A DNA stretch of 64,000 bases from Microcystaceae cyanobacterium (GCA_041746575.1 JBGTGT010000101.1:43859-107858), one strand, 5' to 3'. Counted from the stretch's first letter, positions 30,895 through 41,832 are shown. Made by a program: numbers and translations. Notes: generated by a model from the sequence alone, not told the origin.

Positions 30895-31815
30895 ATGCCA
30901 ACCCCATCCTTGATTGACACCCCCTCTCCTGCTGGACAATATTGGACATGGCGCGGTCATCGGGTTTATTATGCCAAAGCAGGGGAAAATCAGAACAATT
31001 ATCCGCCTCTCTTATTAATTCATGGATTTGGTGCATCTACCGACCATTGGCGCAAAAATATTGCTCAATTGCAAGAAAACTTTCAGGTTTGGGCGCTCGA
31101 TCTCTTAGGTTTTGGGCGATCAGCTAAACCTAATTTACAATATAGTGGTCATCTTTGGCGAGATCAATTAAACGACTTTATCAAGGAAATCATCGGTCAA
31201 CCTGCTGTTTTAGCGGGGAATTCCTTAGGAGGATATGCAAGTCTTTGTGTAGCGGCACAATGCCCCGACTCTGTTTGTGGATTGATTCTTATTAATAGTG
31301 CTGGACCTTTCACCGAAGCGACACCGCCGCCTCAACCCTCGCAGATACAACGTTTGATCAAATCTCTTTTGTTACAATCTTGGGCGAGTTATCTTCTCTT
31401 TCAATATGTGCGCCGCCCTGCCATGATTCGCAAAACCTTAAAAAAAGTTTACTTTGATCAAAGTGCGATCACCGAACAACTCATTCAAGAAATTTATCGT
31501 CCTTCCTGTGATCAAGGTGCCGTACAAGTTTTTGCCTCTGTTTTTCGTTCTCCTCAAGGAGAAAAAGTAGATATTTTGTTACAACAACTTAAGTGTCCTT
31601 TATTGATGTTGTGGGGCGAAAAAGATCCTTGGATAAATGCAAGAGAAAGAGGGGCAAAATTCCGGCAATATTATGTAAATCTAACTGAATATTACCTAAA
31701 TGCAGGTCATTGTCCCCATGATGAAGTTCCTGAGCAGATTAACGAACTAATCCGTCACTGGGTACAACATAAATGTTATTCAGGTTCAGTAGATCAAGAA
31801 ACTCAAAAACATTAA
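30895..31815 (+). CDS. alpha/beta hydrolase (pheophytinase-like)
   Basis: LIHGFGAS, GNSLGG, WGEKDPW, AGHCPHDE. Confidence 0.9.
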   Translation: MPTPSLIDTPSPAGQYWTWRGHRVYYAKAGENQNNYPPLLLIHGFGASTDHWRKNIAQLQENFQVWALDLLGFGRSAKPNLQYSGHLWRDQLNDFIKEIIGQPAVLAGNSLGGYASLCVAAQCPDSVCGLILINSAGPFTEATPPPQPSQIQRLIKSLLLQSWASYLLFQYVRRPAMIRKTLKKVYFDQSAITEQLIQEIYRPSCDQGAVQVFASVFRSPQGEKVDILLQQLKCPLLMLWGEKDPWINARERGAKFRQYYVNLTEYYLNAGHCPHDEVPEQINELIRHWVQHKCYSGSVDQETQKH

Positions 31816-32157
31816 ATATCTGCCTGAATTAAGACAACTTAATGATTATTTTACATAAATTTTTTTAAATAAAATATCAGTGAACCCACGGGCAAAAAAA
31901 TGATTACTTAGGAGCAATAGATTAAGGATCCTTCTTTGCTCAACAAGCTAAATCACGGATATGTTTTCTAGAGAAAATTGTGATTTCAGTTATTTCACGG
32001 ATCTCTTAACTCAGTACCAGCGTTATGTTAAACATAATAATGATCAGCACCTTTATAGACTTAATATCTGGAATTAGGCTTGATCTTTTCTGCTTATTCC
32101 TCAATAAAATAGCAGGGTTTTTCCCATAATTAACCGTCGAAATTGCAGGAGACAAAA

Positions 32158-34971
32158 ATGGAAACTCAACTTCAAATTACTATCAATAATGACGATGATT
32201 TTAGGAGCATTTTAGATTTAAATTTAATGCCTACCGCCCTAACAAATGATCCTATCTCATTATGGGGTATTAATAAAATCAATGCCCCTGAAGTATGGAA
32301 TAAAATCACGAATCTAACGACGGTTGTTGTGGGAGTTTTAGATACGGGAGTAGATTATCGTCACGAAGATTTAATACAAAATATGTGGACGAATTCCCAA
32401 GAAATTGCTGGCAATGGAATTGATGATGATAATAATGGTTATATTGATGATTTTTATGGTTATGATTTTTATAAATCAAATGATAGCGATCCCAGGGACG
32501 GTAATTCTCATGGTACTCATGTTGCTGGGATAATTGCAGCAGTAGGTAATAATAATCTTGGCGTTGTTGGTGTTAATCCCAATGCTCAAATTATGGCTTT
32601 AAAATTTTTTAGTGATAGCGGCGACAATGGAAGCTACTATGATGCCGCTGAAGGCATTTATTACGCTGTCAAATTAAAACAACAATACGATCTAGATCAT
32701 CGAACAGGTGCTAATATTCGAGTGATTAATGCCAGTTTTGGAGGAACCGGTGGGGATAGCTCATTTAATAATGCGATTAAAGCGGCTGAAAATGCGGGCA
32801 TTTTGATTGTAGCGGCAGCCGGTAATAATAGTCGCGATACCGATATTAATCCTTTTTATCCCGCCAGTGCTAACTATAGTAATGTGATTGCTGTAGGAGC
32901 GAGTAATAATAATGATAGGCGGGCAAGTTTTAGTAATTATGGGGAAACATCCGTTGATGTTTTTGCCCCCGGACAGAGCATCATTAGCACACTACCCAAG
33001 AATAAATATGGAACAAAAAGCGGCACTTCAATGGCGGCTCCCCATGTCGCAGGTATTGCGTCTTTACTATTTAGTATTAATAATAATTTAACCCCAGAAC
33101 AAGTCAAAGAAGCCTTAATTTCTTCTTCCGTTTACATTAGCAAATTAAATAATCTTTCCGTATCTGATGGTGTTGTTAATGCAAATGCTGCTGTTCAGTA
33201 TGTCATTGATCATTTTGGGGTTTCTAATACGAATAATATCCCTGTTACAGGTGATGATTACTATACAATTGATCAGAATTCTTATCTCAGTATTAATACT
33301 ATTAACGGGGTTTTAGCGAACGATTACGATTTAGACAATAACCCGCTAACTGTTTCCTTAGTTAATGACGTTAGCCAGGGGATATTAAAGCTTAATAGTG
33401 ACGGCTCATTTGACTATACTCCCAATAGCAATATTTTGGGTACAGATAGCTTCATATATCGTGTTAATGATGGTCAAGGGGGAACAAAAACGGGTCTTGT
33501 CACCCTAACTACTGCGCCGCTTAATCATGCACCTATCGCTAATAATGATAATTATACTCTCTCAGAAGATCAAACCCTTATTATTAGTGTTGAAAATGGA
33601 GTTCTCAATAATGATAGTGATGTTGATGGTGATTCCTTAACGGTTTTCTTAGTCAATAATGTCACAAAAGGAACTTTAGTTCTGAGCAATAATGGTTCAT
33701 TCAATTACACACCTAACGCCGATATTAATGGGATAGATAGCTTTACCTATCAAGCCAGTGATGGTAGGGGCAACTTTAGAAATGCCACTGTTACCCTAAA
33801 CATTAATCCCATTAACGACGCACCCATTTTGGTACAACCGATTAATGATGTAATGGCAAGCGTTGGCACAACTTTCAATTATGAAATTCCCATTAACACC
33901 TTTACTGATATTGACGGAGATAACTTAACCTATACAGCAAGACTGGGCAATGGCGATAATTTACCAAATTGGTTGAGCTTTGATGCTTCTAGTCGTACGT
34001 TTAGCGGAAATATTCCTAATAATAGCCCCAAAAGTCTCGATATTAAAGTGACTGCCAGTGATGGAAACTTGTCTGCCACCGATCAATTTACCTTGAATGT
34101 TAAGCTATCCACCCCGCCCCCCGTCATCGGAGAATTTGGCCGACTGAATCTTTCTTCTAATAATCAAAGCGTTCAATTACAAGGGAATTATATTAACCCT
34201 GTTGTGTTTGTTTTAACCCCTTCCTTCAATGAGTCTGATTCCGTCGCTCCTCGCTTAACAAATATATCTAGTAATCAATTTACTGTTTCTTTAAAAGAAA
34301 CAACGGGATTTTTAAAAAATAATAATTTTAATTCTAACCACGCCACAGAAAACGTAAGCTATCTTGTGTTAGAAACAGGTAACTATATTTTAGCTAGTGG
34401 AGCGCAATTAAAAGTCGGAGAAATTAAAGCTAATGGTAATATTTTAAAAGCATCTAAAAATAGTAATTGGAGTGATATTAAGTTTTCTGATTCATTTGAG
34501 GCAAATCCAGTCGTTCTGAGCCAAATTCAAACCAATAACGAAGCCGGTTATCTAGTAACCCGTCAACGGAATATTACGCCGACAGGGGTACAAATTGGAC
34601 TACAAAAAGAGGAATTACTCAATGAAACGATTCCTTCCTCTGAAACCATTGGCTATCTAGCGATTTCTCAAGGGGATGGATATTGGGGCAATAATCCTTA
34701 TCTAGCCCAAAATACAACCAATGCCGCTAATAGTAACTGGTTGACAGAGAAGTTTACTGGTTTTAGTCAAACCCCAGAACTTTTTGCTTCCTTATCAACC
34801 TTTAATGGTCCCGATACCGTCAATCTTCGCTATACTCATCTTGGCAATAGTAGTGTTCAATTTTTAGCACAAGAAGAACAAAGTTTAGGAAGTGAGCTAA
34901 GTCATGCGAATGAAGGACTTAACTATCTTTTACTGCAAGGAAGCGGTGTTCTAACAGGATTAGCTGTATAA
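32158..34971 (+). CDS. S8 subtilase with cadherin/Ig-like (tandem-95, He_PIG) repeats and repeated beta-rich C-terminal domains
   Basis: VLDTG / HGTHVAG / GTSMAAPH triad; GVL.ND.D.D...L and DSF.Y...DG.G units; LPNWLSFD...RTFSG; AGGAG RBS before ATG 32158. Confidence 0.9.
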   Translation: METQLQITINNDDDFRSILDLNLMPTALTNDPISLWGINKINAPEVWNKITNLTTVVVGVLDTGVDYRHEDLIQNMWTNSQEIAGNGIDDDNNGYIDDFYGYDFYKSNDSDPRDGNSHGTHVAGIIAAVGNNNLGVVGVNPNAQIMALKFFSDSGDNGSYYDAAEGIYYAVKLKQQYDLDHRTGANIRVINASFGGTGGDSSFNNAIKAAENAGILIVAAAGNNSRDTDINPFYPASANYSNVIAVGASNNNDRRASFSNYGETSVDVFAPGQSIISTLPKNKYGTKSGTSMAAPHVAGIASLLFSINNNLTPEQVKEALISSSVYISKLNNLSVSDGVVNANAAVQYVIDHFGVSNTNNIPVTGDDYYTIDQNSYLSINTINGVLANDYDLDNNPLTVSLVNDVSQGILKLNSDGSFDYTPNSNILGTDSFIYRVNDGQGGTKTGLVTLTTAPLNHAPIANNDNYTLSEDQTLIISVENGVLNNDSDVDGDSLTVFLVNNVTKGTLVLSNNGSFNYTPNADINGIDSFTYQASDGRGNFRNATVTLNINPINDAPILVQPINDVMASVGTTFNYEIPINTFTDIDGDNLTYTARLGNGDNLPNWLSFDASSRTFSGNIPNNSPKSLDIKVTASDGNLSATDQFTLNVKLSTPPPVIGEFGRLNLSSNNQSVQLQGNYINPVVFVLTPSFNESDSVAPRLTNISSNQFTVSLKETTGFLKNNNFNSNHATENVSYLVLETGNYILASGAQLKVGEIKANGNILKASKNSNWSDIKFSDSFEANPVVLSQIQTNNEAGYLVTRQRNITPTGVQIGLQKEELLNETIPSSETIGYLAISQGDGYWGNNPYLAQNTTNAANSNWLTEKFTGFSQTPELFASLSTFNGPDTVNLRYTHLGNSSVQFLAQEEQSLGSELSHANEGLNYLLLQGSGVLTGLAV

Positions 34972-34985
34972 AAACCCATTGATCC

Positions 34986-36038
34986 TTATTTAGCTAAACT
35001 ATCCTTGATCAATTGCTGAATTTGAGCGGCACTATCCACCACAGCTAAGGTTTTTGCCCGATTGGACATCTCCTGTAAACGCTCTGGTGATCGCAATAAA
35101 TAGAGAACACTTGCACTTAATTGGTCAGCAGTCAAGGTCTCTTGCGCATAACATTCTGCCGCTCCAGCAGTGACAAAAACCTCAGCATTATAGGTTTGAT
35201 GATCTTCAGCCGCATACGGATAGGGAATCAGGATTGAAGGCGTATGAGTGACCGCTAATTCCGTCAAAGTCCCCGCTCCTGAACGACTAATGGCTAAATT
35301 TGCCCGTTGAAACAAACCAGCCATATTTTCGTAAAAAGGAAAAGAAAAATAGTGAGAATGGCTGATGATTTGTGATTCTGGGTCATTTTCTCCTGTTAAA
35401 TGCACCATATAAGCTCCTTCGTTGAGCCATTCCCTAACCCCTTGACGAACGAGCCGATTCACGGCGATCGCCCCTTGAGAGCCTCCCACCACGACGATTA
35501 AAGGTGCATTCTCAGGAATCGGTAAATCTAAGGGCTGAGGAGCATAAAATTGAGATCTAACAGGGGTACTCACCCAAATCGTCCGACAATCAGCCAAATA
35601 CTGGGCTGTTCCCTCAAAGCCTAGGGCAACCGTTTGACACCATCGGCCGAAGAGGCGAGTGACCTTGCCCGGAATATAGTTAGATTCGTGTAAAATAACA
35701 GGAATTCCTTGCCAACGAGCGGCTAAAATAGCAGGGGCGGCAATATAACCACCTGTTGTAAAAATGGCTTTAATTTTCTCTCGTTGTAGTAATTGTTTGA
35801 CCTTAAAGACTGAAGAAGTCAATCCCGTCGCCACCGTCAGGGTTTTCCAACTCAAGCTCGTTTGGAAACCTTCCACGTTAACGGTATGTAGCGGATAGCA
35901 CTGAGGAACAAGAGTTTGTTCTAGACGATTAGGCACACCTAACCACTGAATTTCCGTATTTTCTAGTTTTTCTGCGACAGCAAGGGCAGGAAACAGATGT
36001 CCTCCCGTACCACTGGCCGCTATCAGTAATCGAACCAT
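34986..36038 (-). CDS. murG: undecaprenyl-PP-MurNAc-pentapeptide GlcNAc transferase
   Basis: SGTGGHLFPA, GGY, HESN..PG, GGSQGA, RSGAGTLTE, DHQ.YNA. Confidence 0.96.
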   Translation of the reverse strand: MVRLLIAASGTGGHLFPALAVAEKLENTEIQWLGVPNRLEQTLVPQCYPLHTVNVEGFQTSLSWKTLTVATGLTSSVFKVKQLLQREKIKAIFTTGGYIAAPAILAARWQGIPVILHESNYIPGKVTRLFGRWCQTVALGFEGTAQYLADCRTIWVSTPVRSQFYAPQPLDLPIPENAPLIVVVGGSQGAIAVNRLVRQGVREWLNEGAYMVHLTGENDPESQIISHSHYFSFPFYENMAGLFQRANLAISRSGAGTLTELAVTHTPSILIPYPYAAEDHQTYNAEVFVTAGAAECYAQETLTADQLSASVLYLLRSPERLQEMSNRAKTLAVVDSAAQIQQLIKDSLAK

Positions 36039-36253
36039 GTCCCCTCTTTCCGTCACTTTTCCTAATAATATAGCCGAATTATGACGACGACTGAACACCA
36101 AAGGTTGATCGCAGATGAAGGGAAAAAATAACTTAAAATTTGAGGAATTCCGTTCAAAAAGTTTGAGTTCGTCAAGATAAATTAAATCTTTAATCAGATT
36201 AAAGTCCAAAGCAGGAAAAATAAAGGGAAATCACGCCAAATTTTGGCATATTT

Positions 36254-36691
36254 CTAGGCATTACGATTTTTTTCAGACGCTCCTTGAGGTCTTGATAATC
36301 GCGATTGCGTTTTCGTCGGTTGAGAGACGTGAGGGGTTCGTTTTGGAGCGACGGCTTTCCGGTTTCCGCTTTGAGGAACTTGCGCCACGATAAGAATTGT
36401 CCGCTCAATCCGAATAAGATCATTCATTACTAGCAAATGAGGCTGATTTTCCTCAATAACTTGATCATTCATTTGAATAGCATCAGAAGAAATTAAGACA
36501 ATGAATTGATACTGATTTTCAATCCGTTTAATTTGCGCTGGAATTGATTTTTTTTGCAGATTGCTGAGATAAATGTGGCACGTTTCTTGATTACCAATCA
36601 AATATTCCTCTTGTTGGCTCTCTCCCTTATTTAGGGTAATCGTTTGACAGTCAAGGGGAGAGTATGAATCGAAAAGCTTAAGAATCAACAT
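36254..36691 (-). CDS. small degenerate FHA-like protein
   Basis: YLIGNQETCHIYL...AQI...NDQVI...L..NDLIRI spacing is FHA-like, but the G-R, S..H and NG residues are lost. Confidence 0.55.
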   Translation of the reverse strand: MLILKLFDSYSPLDCQTITLNKGESQQEEYLIGNQETCHIYLSNLQKKSIPAQIKRIENQYQFIVLISSDAIQMNDQVIEENQPHLLVMNDLIRIERTILIVAQVPQSGNRKAVAPKRTPHVSQPTKTQSRLSRPQGASEKNRNA

Positions 36692-36981
36692 AAAGATTTA
36701 ATCTAAATACGCCAAGATTTCATTCTAAGACTGCCCAAATTCACCGATTCATTAACCATCCTAATACTTTAACTTTAATTTCTACCCTCTGATAGGCCGC
36801 ACCCCATTTCAAATTTTCTAAAATTGAGGAGTTGATTCATCACCCTTTACGTCAAAATCTTCAAGAAGTCATAGACTGTCCATTATTTTTAATCACGTTT
36901 TTAGGTGTTTCAGGAGAGACACACCATGATTCCTCTTGTTCCATCTTGAGCTAAATAAACGATGTTAAAAAGGAGAAAACC

Positions 36982-37527
36982 ATGATGGATACTGAATTTC
37001 AGCAAGATCCTGATACCAATCAAGTTCCCTATCCCCATCTACCCCCCTTAATTGAAAGTCGAACAACTGAATATCACGGTAGTGGCGTGACCAGTTCGGT
37101 TAATATTTTAGGTCATCCTATTCATCCTATTATCGTCATCTTTCCCGTTGCTTTTCTGAGTAGTGCGGCAGGGACTGACTTAGGGTACTGGCTGACTCGA
37201 GATCCCTTTTGGGTGCGGGCTTCAATGTGGCTAATCGGTTTAGGCGCATTAGCTGGAATTCTGGCAGGATTAGTGGGAATGGTAGATTTTGTTCGGATTC
37301 CGCGTGTTCGTCACCGCACCGCCGGATGGGCGCACATGATCGCCAATATTACAGCACTGGTACTGTCGCTGGTGAACTTTGGTTTACGCTTAAATGAGCC
37401 GACAACGGCTATATTGCCGATTGGTTTAACGCTATCGTTAGTGGTGGCAACCTTGCTCTTAGTAGGGGGATGGTTTGGGGGCGAACTGACGTTTCGTCAC
37501 AAAATTGGCGTGATTGGTAGGGAATAA
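36982..37527 (+). CDS. DUF2231 membrane protein
   Basis: GHPIHPIIVIFP, GWAH, GGWFGGELTFRH. Confidence 0.85.
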   Translation: MMDTEFQQDPDTNQVPYPHLPPLIESRTTEYHGSGVTSSVNILGHPIHPIIVIFPVAFLSSAAGTDLGYWLTRDPFWVRASMWLIGLGALAGILAGLVGMVDFVRIPRVRHRTAGWAHMIANITALVLSLVNFGLRLNEPTTAILPIGLTLSLVVATLLLVGGWFGGELTFRHKIGVIGRE

Positions 37528-37627
37528 CCTGATAAGGGTTAGTCGCTAATATTTATACTAATAGAGGGGTTAAACAGAAACATTCAAAGATTGATGCTAA
37601 GAATGCCCAAACTAACCCCCCAATGCA

Positions 37628-37852
37628 CTAACCTAGCACCTCAAAAGAGCTAACCTCTAAGACGGGACCGATCATGGCCATCGTCATGATATCATCCCGA
37701 ATATTGCCTTCTACTTTGACTTTTCCGGTAGAGTGGGTTAAATCCGCAGACGGGTTGTGTAATTCGTAGGTCTCTCCGTCATCGCTGACAAAAGACCATG
37801 CACCCATGTCCACATCTTGCCACTTTACCTGTCCTGTTAGTTTTACTTTCAT
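37628..37852 (-). CDS. small OB-fold-like hypothetical protein
   Basis: MGAWSFVSDDGETYEL...DIMTMAMIGPVLEV; 4-nt overlap with the S8 gene. Confidence 0.7.
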   Translation of the reverse strand: MKVKLTGQVKWQDVDMGAWSFVSDDGETYELHNPSADLTHSTGKVKVEGNIRDDIMTMAMIGPVLEVSSFEVLG

Positions 37853-39618
37853 ACCCGTCTTCTCTCTCCTTTACCGACTAAACAGACTAATCCAATACAG
37901 AGTAACCCATTGACTATTAAAAAGACACGCGCCCAAGGCAGAGAACTCACTCCCCATACAGACGGATGAATCGCTGAATAAACCAGTAAACAGGAGGCAA
38001 CTCCTAAGGATGTCCCAACAGCAAACCATTTTCCTTGAGGATGCCCCAATAATAAGGCCATTAAGCCAAAAGGAATTAACACACTGGCAAAGACAGGATT
38101 AAGTAAAGAGGTTCCCTGTAAAGTATTACCCAACTCTGGCAGAGAACTACCCATCATCCGAAAGGGCCACTGAGGAAGATCGAAAATATATAATCCTTTC
38201 AGGAAAAATAAGCCAGAACTGCCAAAAATCAAACCATTCACCAAAGACCAGCCCCACTGCATGGGAAAATAATTACGTAAGAACCAAGCAAGTAAGTAAG
38301 ATCCCAAAACCATGGCAATTTTCGGCACTAAAGAGACAACGCCGCCATCTATCCAGAAACGGGGGTTTAAATAGCCACTATCCCGTAACCAACGGAAGAA
38401 ATCGCGGAAGGTAATTTGTCCTTTCACTGCCATCGCCACCGCTTGTCCAGCATCTAATTGTCCCGATCCAAAATGATTGAAGGGATCTTCGGCAATTTTA
38501 CGAGAAGATTGCTTTAGAATTTGGGTAATCTCTTCTGGATCGCTGATTCCTGCCCCTTTAACCAGTGCCGCAACGCCTGCTACATGAGGAGCCGCCATAC
38601 TCGTTCCCTTTAACCCCTTAAATACCGCATTGCCCGTCGTTGCATCGATGGTTTCTTGCAAAATTAACCCTTGATCACTGCCACCAGGAGCCGAAATATC
38701 AACCCCTGCGCCAAAATTGGAATAAGGAGCTTTTAAACCCGATGAATCTAAGGCAGAAACGCTGATAACGTTGGGATAGCGAGCAGGATAGGCCGCCGCA
38801 TTTTGATTGGCATTGCCTGCCGCCGCAATAATGACGACTCCTTTTTGATGAGCATAATTAATCGCCTCCTTCATCACTTGATTTTCGCCCCCACCTCCTA
38901 AACTCATATTGATGATATCTGCTCCATTATCCGCCGCAAAACGAATAGATTCGGCAATATCTGCTACATCGCCGCCCCCTGTCGCCGAAAGCACCTTCAG
39001 GGGCATAATTTTCGCCTCGTAAGCAACCCCTGCAACCCCATAATTGTTATTCGTAGATTCGGCAATTGTTCCCGCCACATGAGTACCATGACCATTATCA
39101 TCAGAGGCATCGGTGCGATCATTAACAAAATCGTAGCCGTCGACAAATTCGGTTTGTTGTAAGTCAGTCACCCGACTCACCCCAGTATCAATGACAGCGA
39201 CGGTTATCCCTTCCCCTTTCGATTCTTCCCACGCTTTTTCGACGTTAATGCTACGGAAGTTCCATTGTTTAGGATAATCAGGATCATTAGGGGCTTCTAG
39301 GGTGTGATAAATGTAATTGGGTTCAATATTATTCAGGTACTTTCTTAAAGAAGATTTTTTGAGAGATTTTAGCAGATTTTTATCTCCCTCTACGGTGTAA
39401 AGCCGTTGGTCGGCAGAAAAGATACTATTTAAGGAAGCTTTCGCTTGATAGGTTTGTTCAATATTTTGCAGTTGTTCATTAAGAACAGAAACGGGTATAT
39501 CTTCCCGAAAATCGAGAATAAGCGACTGGTATTCTCCTTTATTCGCTAATCCTTTGAAATGTGCTAAGGCAAACCAGAGACCGACAACAAATAAACCGAG
39601 TAATAATAATTTTTTCAT
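37849..39618 (-). CDS. membrane-anchored S8 subtilase
   Basis: VIDTG / HGTHVAG / GTSMAAPH; multi-TM C-terminus. Confidence 0.92.
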   Translation of the reverse strand: MKKLLLLGLFVVGLWFALAHFKGLANKGEYQSLILDFREDIPVSVLNEQLQNIEQTYQAKASLNSIFSADQRLYTVEGDKNLLKSLKKSSLRKYLNNIEPNYIYHTLEAPNDPDYPKQWNFRSINVEKAWEESKGEGITVAVIDTGVSRVTDLQQTEFVDGYDFVNDRTDASDDNGHGTHVAGTIAESTNNNYGVAGVAYEAKIMPLKVLSATGGGDVADIAESIRFAADNGADIINMSLGGGGENQVMKEAINYAHQKGVVIIAAAGNANQNAAAYPARYPNVISVSALDSSGLKAPYSNFGAGVDISAPGGSDQGLILQETIDATTGNAVFKGLKGTSMAAPHVAGVAALVKGAGISDPEEITQILKQSSRKIAEDPFNHFGSGQLDAGQAVAMAVKGQITFRDFFRWLRDSGYLNPRFWIDGGVVSLVPKIAMVLGSYLLAWFLRNYFPMQWGWSLVNGLIFGSSGLFFLKGLYIFDLPQWPFRMMGSSLPELGNTLQGTSLLNPVFASVLIPFGLMALLLGHPQGKWFAVGTSLGVASCLLVYSAIHPSVWGVSSLPWARVFLIVNGLLCIGLVCLVGKGERRRV

Positions 39619-39744
39619 CGACATTAACCCCAATTATGCTGGGTGTGAGTGGCTGAATCCATCTTACTTTATAGATTTCAGTTTGGTCGTCAATATTTAC
39701 TGGATTGTTATACCCAACTTGACTAATGATCAAATAGTCTTTAA

Positions 39745-40293
39745 TCAACCCAATAAAAACTGACAGATATAAACCGCACTAAAAATGCCAAAGACATCGG
39801 CAATTAACCCTGCAATCAAAGCATAACGAATCTTTTTAATGCCAACTGAACCAAAATACACCGCCAAGACATAAAAAGTGGTTTCTGTCGAACCGTACAT
39901 GGTTGCGCCAATTTTAGAAATGAGGGAATCCGTACCATGTTCTTTAACCAAATCTGCCAATAAGCCAAAAGATCCCCCCCCTGAAAGCGGACGCATTAAC
40001 GCCAGTAAGATATTCTCTGGTGGAAAGTGAATTAAGCTTAAAATCGGTGAAAGTATGCCAATCAGAATATCTAGCATCCCCGAAGCGCGAAACATGCCGA
40101 TCGCTACCAACATGGCCACCAAAAAAGGGATAATACGAATGGCGATGGTAAACCCTTCTGTTGCTCCTTCAACAAAGACTTCATAGACTTTGACTCGTTT
40201 AACCACTAAACCGTAGAAGGGAATGCCACATAAGAGGAGAGGGATGATATATTTCGCACCTGTATTGAAAACGTCTGCAATAGATTCAATCAT
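39745..40293 (-). CDS. spmB: spore maturation protein B-like (Gate domain)
   Basis: VYEVFVEGA.EG, RPLSGGGS, GSTETTFYVLAVYFGSV. Confidence 0.88.
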   Translation of the reverse strand: MIESIADVFNTGAKYIIPLLLCGIPFYGLVVKRVKVYEVFVEGATEGFTIAIRIIPFLVAMLVAIGMFRASGMLDILIGILSPILSLIHFPPENILLALMRPLSGGGSFGLLADLVKEHGTDSLISKIGATMYGSTETTFYVLAVYFGSVGIKKIRYALIAGLIADVFGIFSAVYICQFLLG

Positions 40294-40891
40294 TGAGCAA
40301 ATTTTCCTCAGTTTTAAGCTCAAAACGCTTCATTTTAGCCAAGAGTTTTGCCGCAATAATGCCAGCGATCGTGGAGCAAGTTGTCGCTAAAATAGTAGAA
40401 AGAAAAATCTGACTGGAGGCTGTCCCCATCAAGCCGACCACAGTAGCAGGTAGAATTAACTGGACACTGGAGGTATTAATAACCAAAAACATACACATCG
40501 CATCGGTTGCTGTGTCTTCTGTTGGGTTTAATTCTTGTAACTCCTGCATTGCCTTTAAACCTAACGGTGTCGCCGCATTCCCTAACCCCAAAACATTAGC
40601 CGACATATTGAGGATAATTGAACCCATAGCAGGATGGTCGGGAGGCACATCAGGAAAGAGTTTGAGGGTGAGCGGACGAACAGCTTGAGCAATTAGGTTA
40701 ATTAAGCCCGATTCTTCGGCAATTTTCAAAATTCCCAGCCACAGTGCCATAATACCAATCAGTCCGATCGCTAATTCAACGGCGGTTTCTGCGCTACTGA
40801 TAGCCGCCTCTGTCACAGCATCAATTTTTCCGGTCACGATTCCGGCAATAACCGAGAGTAAAATAATGGCAAACCAAATATAATTAAGCAT
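40286..40891 (-). CDS. spmA: spore maturation protein A-like (Gate domain)
   Basis: MLNYIW, LFPDVPPDHPA, ANVLGLGNAATPLGLKAM, INTSSVQL; 8-nt overlap with spmB. Confidence 0.88.
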   Translation of the reverse strand: MLNYIWFAIILLSVIAGIVTGKIDAVTEAAISSAETAVELAIGLIGIMALWLGILKIAEESGLINLIAQAVRPLTLKLFPDVPPDHPAMGSIILNMSANVLGLGNAATPLGLKAMQELQELNPTEDTATDAMCMFLVINTSSVQLILPATVVGLMGTASSQIFLSTILATTCSTIAGIIAAKLLAKMKRFELKTEENLLND

Positions 40892-40954
40892 TTCCTTCAC
40901 GATGAATTGATGAGGATTGACGCTGAATTTTCGAGTTTTGTTTCAGAATGAGCA

Positions 40955-41779
40955 TTAATCCTCTCTAAAAAGGCGATCCATTTCTTCCTGCATTTGTGCT
41001 ACTACAAACTGATAGCATTGATTGACATAGGTGCGATCGCGCTCGGCGGTTTTTCCCGTCCATTCAAAGGCAATCGGCGCACAAACTCGTGTATGTAGGG
41101 GAATCGGCAAGGGGATATTCGGTAAAGGACCAAAAGCAATAATCCAAGGTAAACCTAGATAAATTGGAAAAACAACCGGATCAACTCGATAAAGCCAAGG
41201 AAAAAGCCCTTTTTCATGCAAAGGCTTAATATAATCGTAAATATCCGCTAGCACAATTAAAGTATCGTGAGCGCCTTTTGAAATAACAGGAATAATCGGA
41301 ACATTATAGCGTAACGCCAATTTAATAAAGGCTTTATTGCCATTTAATTCAATTTTCGCCCGCTGACTGTAGGGACGGAAGACGTCCTTGGCCCCACCCG
41401 GATAGACTAAGACACTATATCCTTGATTTAAAGCAGCGATCGCCATTTTGGGATGAGCGCGAATTGCTCCTGCCTTAACCCCCCAACGAGACAAAAAGGG
41501 ATCAACCGTCCAGACATTGGGGTGCATGAGTCCATAAAGAGGGCGTTGACTGCCAAAGTGCCGCAACCAATCATAGAGCATCATGGAGGTGTCGGGGGAC
41601 GCTAAGCCGCCATTATGAGATCCAACGAATAAAACGGGTTTATCTGGGGGAATATGATGCCAACCATCCGTCTTTACTCGAAAATAATATCGATAAGAAC
41701 ACTCTAAAACGGCCATTAAACGATTTAAAAATTGGGGATCTCGTTGATCAAGTGACCAGCCATCGTAAGGTTTATTCAT
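40955..41779 (-). CDS. lysophospholipid/DGAT2-like acyltransferase
   Basis: GSHNGG...D, VYPGGA.D, F..LAL...VPIIP. Confidence 0.85.
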   Translation of the reverse strand: MNKPYDGWSLDQRDPQFLNRLMAVLECSYRYYFRVKTDGWHHIPPDKPVLFVGSHNGGLASPDTSMMLYDWLRHFGSQRPLYGLMHPNVWTVDPFLSRWGVKAGAIRAHPKMAIAALNQGYSVLVYPGGAKDVFRPYSQRAKIELNGNKAFIKLALRYNVPIIPVISKGAHDTLIVLADIYDYIKPLHEKGLFPWLYRVDPVVFPIYLGLPWIIAFGPLPNIPLPIPLHTRVCAPIAFEWTGKTAERDRTYVNQCYQFVVAQMQEEMDRLFRED

Positions 41780-41832
41780 TCAGTCCATCGTAAAACGGGG
41801 TCAGATTTCAAATTACTCAATAGTAGATAATT

